Assembly (NCBI GenBank): GCA_002373615.1
Contig: DFKU01000040.1
Coordinates: 1-46,944, forward strand
DNA length: 46,944 bases
Source: Alphaproteobacteria bacterium UBA3637
GTDB taxonomy: Bacteria > Pseudomonadota > Alphaproteobacteria > CAAHEQ01 > UBA3637
Direction of reading: 5' to 3'
Of this stretch, positions 44,686 to 46,944 are shown piece by piece; within the stretch, counting starts at the first letter, position 1, and the number at the start of each line of letters is the position of its first letter. The position numbers and the translations under genes are program-made. Under the pieces are notes generated by a model. That model saw only the letters and a program-made list of their open reading frames with translations, had not been told where the DNA came from and ran no database searches.

Positions 44686-45552
44686 TTATTTTTCCGGCTC
44701 AAGATGAATCATAATCTCAGCTTCTGGGTAAATTTCGTGAATCAGGCCTTCGGCTCTATCAGCAATGATATGTGCTTTGGTAAGAGGCATTTGCCCATCC
44801 AGAATCAAAGTCATTTGGATGAACATTTGTGTTCCTGATAAACGTGTCCGTAAATCCTGAATGGATTTCACTTCTTTTAAAGTGTGGACTTGTGATTTTA
44901 TTTTTTGCCCAACTTGTTTCGGCAGTTCTTCATCCATCAACATCGCCACCGAAGCGCGCAAAATATAAAAGCTGCTTTTTAATAAATACAAGCTGACACC
45001 AATTCCGAATAAGCTATCCACCCATCCAATAGCAAAAGTGGTGCTGAAAATCAAAGAGGCTAATACGCCCAAATTCATCATTAAATCGCCGTTATAATGG
45101 GCATTGTCGGCTTGGATAGAAAGCGAGCCTGTCTGGCGCACGACAAAGGCTTGAAAACGTGTGAGAAGGACAGTTAAAATTAAAGTGATAAAGATAATCC
45201 CAATGCCCAACAGGGAATGCGTTGGGCTTTCATGACGCCCCAAATGCAGGGCGGATTCAAAGGCTAATAAGAAAGCGGAACCCAATAAAATCAGTCCTTG
45301 AATAAGGCTGCCGATTCCTTGCGCTTTTCCATGGCCAAAGCGGTGTTCTTTGTCGGCCGGTTGCACGGATTGACGGACGGAAACAAAATTGATAAAAGAA
45401 GTCATTAAATCTTGGATGGAATCAAACAGGCTGGCCAATATTGCGACGGAAGCCGTCATAAAAAAAGCCACTGTTTTTAACAAAATCAAAATGCCTGCCG
45501 TTAAAACGGAAGCGACGGATGCCCACATCATCAATTTATTTTTATTTGTCAT
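44686..45552 (-). CDS. cation diffusion facilitator (CDF) family divalent-metal efflux transporter
   Basis: Six transmembrane helices with FDSIQD (TM2) and HYNGD (TM5) metal-site motifs, and a C-terminal cytoplasmic domain. Confidence 0.88.
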   Translation of the reverse strand: MTNKNKLMMWASVASVLTAGILILLKTVAFFMTASVAILASLFDSIQDLMTSFINFVSVRQSVQPADKEHRFGHGKAQGIGSLIQGLILLGSAFLLAFESALHLGRHESPTHSLLGIGIIFITLILTVLLTRFQAFVVRQTGSLSIQADNAHYNGDLMMNLGVLASLIFSTTFAIGWVDSLFGIGVSLYLLKSSFYILRASVAMLMDEELPKQVGQKIKSQVHTLKEVKSIQDLRTRLSGTQMFIQMTLILDGQMPLTKAHIIADRAEGLIHEIYPEAEIMIHLEPEK

Positions 45553-45645
45553 TTTTCTATATTAGGTCTTTTTTTTATAAAAAGCCATAGATTTTTTGAT
45601 TAATCCATCCTATATTATAAAATAATATGTAAGGAGTTTAAAAAA

Positions 45646-46575
45646 ATGGCAAATTTATATGAGATGTTAGGGGTATCTAAAACTGCCTCAGATGATGAAA
45701 TTAAACGGGCGTATCGGAAATTAGCGCGCACTCTGCATCCGGATGTGAACCCCGATAAAAAGGCGCAGGAAAAATTTAAAGCCGTAACAGCGGCGTATGA
45801 GTTACTCTCAAATAAAGATAAGCGCCGGCGCTATGATGCAGGGGAAATTGATGAAAAAGGTAACCCTACCCCGTTTGGTTCAGGCTTTTATGATCGGGGT
45901 GGTGCCGGGGGTTTTAATGGCTTTAACGGGCGCACCTATCGTCAAGGTAATACCACCTATACCAATATCAATCCGGAAGATTTGGCCAGCATGTTTGGGG
46001 GGATGGGCGGTGGCTTTAATTTTGCCGACCTGTTTGGGATGGGGGGCATGTCCGGTATGCAAGGTGGCCGGCGGTCCTATCAACCCCAAGGGCAAGATGT
46101 GCAATATAACCTGCAGATTCCCTTTGATTTAGCGGTGACAGGCGGTGAAACAACCGTTCGTCTGGCCAATGGCAAGCAAGTGAAAGTGAAGGTGCCCTCA
46201 GGTGTGGTGGATGATGCGGTTTTACGCTTGCGTGGGATGGGTGAAATGGGGGGCGATGCCTTGATTAAACTCAAAGTGGGGGCCAGCAACCTTTATACCC
46301 GTCAAGGCGACAACTTGGAAATGAGTATCCCCTTGACTTTAAAAGAGGCGGTGCTGGGGACAAAAATCGCTGTCCCAACCCCGTCGGGCGAAGTGATGGT
46401 AAAAATTCCGCCCATGAGCGGCGGGGATAAAACGCTTCGTTTAAAGGGAAAAGGGGTCGCTGGGCGTGGGGATTTATTGTTGAAACTTGCCGTAGTTCTG
46501 CCCAGTTCTGACAGCGATTTAACGCGCTTTGTGAAGGATTGGGACACCACACAAAAAAATCCCCGTTCGTTTTAA
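45646..46575 (+). CDS. cbpA: DnaJ-class co-chaperone lacking zinc finger (CbpA-like)
   Basis: J domain with HPD (RTLHPDVNPD), a G/F-rich region, no CxxCxGxG repeats, and a DnaJ C-terminal substrate-binding domain. Confidence 0.8.
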   Translation: MANLYEMLGVSKTASDDEIKRAYRKLARTLHPDVNPDKKAQEKFKAVTAAYELLSNKDKRRRYDAGEIDEKGNPTPFGSGFYDRGGAGGFNGFNGRTYRQGNTTYTNINPEDLASMFGGMGGGFNFADLFGMGGMSGMQGGRRSYQPQGQDVQYNLQIPFDLAVTGGETTVRLANGKQVKVKVPSGVVDDAVLRLRGMGEMGGDALIKLKVGASNLYTRQGDNLEMSIPLTLKEAVLGTKIAVPTPSGEVMVKIPPMSGGDKTLRLKGKGVAGRGDLLLKLAVVLPSSDSDLTRFVKDWDTTQKNPRSF

Positions 46576-46668
46576 GGTTGTCTTTTTGTTATTTTTTTAT
46601 CAGCGCTTTTTTATAAAAGTGTAAGTATTTTGTTTGACATTTAAAATAATTTTGATTATTCTGAAGTG

Positions 46669-46820
46669 GCACTTGGCAAGGGCCAATGTGCCGGATTTGA
46701 AAAGTCCGTATAGTGTTGTCCGTCCTGTATTGGATGGATGACCGTCCAATATAATGAATAAACGGTACTGTCACTATACAGCTTTTCAACATCCGTCCAC
46801 TTTTAAAAGTGGAATTTTTT
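46669..46820 (+). promoter_or_regulatory. structured 5' leader RNA (type B2) with terminator/antiterminator, upstream of pilin-like paralog 5
   Basis: Promoter is TTGACA at 46634-39, 17-nt spacer, TATTCT at 46657-62. Helices are GAAAAG/CUUUUC (46699-704 with 46782-87), GUAUAGUG/CACUAUAC (46708-15 with 46772-79), and the hairpin UUGGAUGG-AUGA-CCGUCCAA (46730-49). GGAUGGAUG (46732-40) is complementary to CAUCCGUCC (46790-98), which overlaps the terminator UCCAC-uuuuaaaa-GUGGA plus a U-run (46796-820). Confidence 0.6.
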
Positions 46821-46848
46821 GTTGTCAATTAAAATGAAAGGATGAACA

Positions 46849-46944
46849 ATGGACAAATTATTAAAAAAAGAAAAGAATTTAAATTCGATTTGTCATTCTT
46901 GCGTAAGCGAGAATCCGGCAGGAAATAAGGTCCTACATACCGCT
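46849..46944 (+). CDS. type IV pilin-like protein, paralog 5 (5' end only; runs off the window)
   Basis: The sequence from the ATG at 46849 (AAAGGA RBS) is MDKLLKKEKNLNSICHSCVSENPAGNKVLHTA. By hand alignment, 87 of 96 nt are identical to the reverse complement of 269-364 (paralog 1). Membership in the pilin-like family is inferred from that homology only. Confidence 0.45.
   Translation, partial: MDKLLKKEKNLNSICHSCVSENPAGNKVLHTA
46891..46944. repeat. palindromic element family 2, copy cut by the window end
   Basis: TGTCATTCTTGCGTAAGCGAGAATCCGGCAGGAAATAAGG... matches the reverse complement of 230-322. Confidence 0.6.

Noticed and set aside
44283-44702. Two small minus-strand ORFs (44283-44477 and 44493-44702)
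   Set aside because: The first overlaps the A2 leader RNA and its promoter. The second spans the AT-rich, DnaA-box-containing region. Neither has an RBS, and both translate to low-complexity sequence.
1-46944. CRISPR arrays, IS elements, transposases, integrases, prophage blocks, rRNA genes
   Set aside because: I found no regularly spaced direct repeats with unique spacers. None of the ORF translations shows DDE transposase, tyrosine or serine recombinase, or phage structural signatures. The only mobile-like DNA is the set of short non-autonomous palindromic repeats.

Overview
This is an AT-rich chromosomal segment, most likely from an alphaproteobacterium. The lineage call rests on a MipZ-type ParA ATPase, FtsZ with a long C-terminal linker, lptE-holA synteny, and parB-parA-rsmG with canonical parS sites. 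Most of the window is housekeeping. There is a near-complete dcw cell-wall/division cluster on the minus strand: rsmH, ftsL, ftsI, a fused murE-murF, mraY, ftsW, murG, murC, murB, ddl, ftsQ, ftsA, ftsZ. It has no murD and no mraZ. Other genes are fabD, mipZ, pgm, ndk, sodC, mutS, mutL, miaA, lptE, holA, dnaQ, a mazEF toxin-antitoxin pair, an orphan histidine kinase, a CDF transporter and a CbpA-like J-protein. Four perfect parS palindromes lie inside coding sequences at 39.7-40.7 kb. A DnaA-box cluster with an AT-rich tract at about 44.4-44.7 kb is a candidate oriC. The main non-housekeeping signal is a dispersed family I could not assign to any class from memory. It comprises five paralogous type IV pilin-like genes sharing the block G/RSMVEMLGVLAV(M/I)GVLSVAGI(A/T)GYN, two of which run off the window ends in inverted orientation, and two paralogous small lipoprotein genes. 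Almost all of these are preceded by related structured leader RNAs of about 150-200 nt. Each leader has its own sigma70-like promoter and an intrinsic terminator, and four leader types (five copies) also have a mutually exclusive antiterminator helix that changes sequence between copies with compensatory substitutions. One leader copy is orphaned and one is truncated. The pre-cleavage leader peptides of the pilin-like genes grow from 11 to 32, 70 and 93 aa through in-frame insertion of GC-rich palindromic MITE/RPE-like repeats. No CRISPR array, transposase, integrase or rRNA was seen. All calls are from reading the sequence; no database searches were run.
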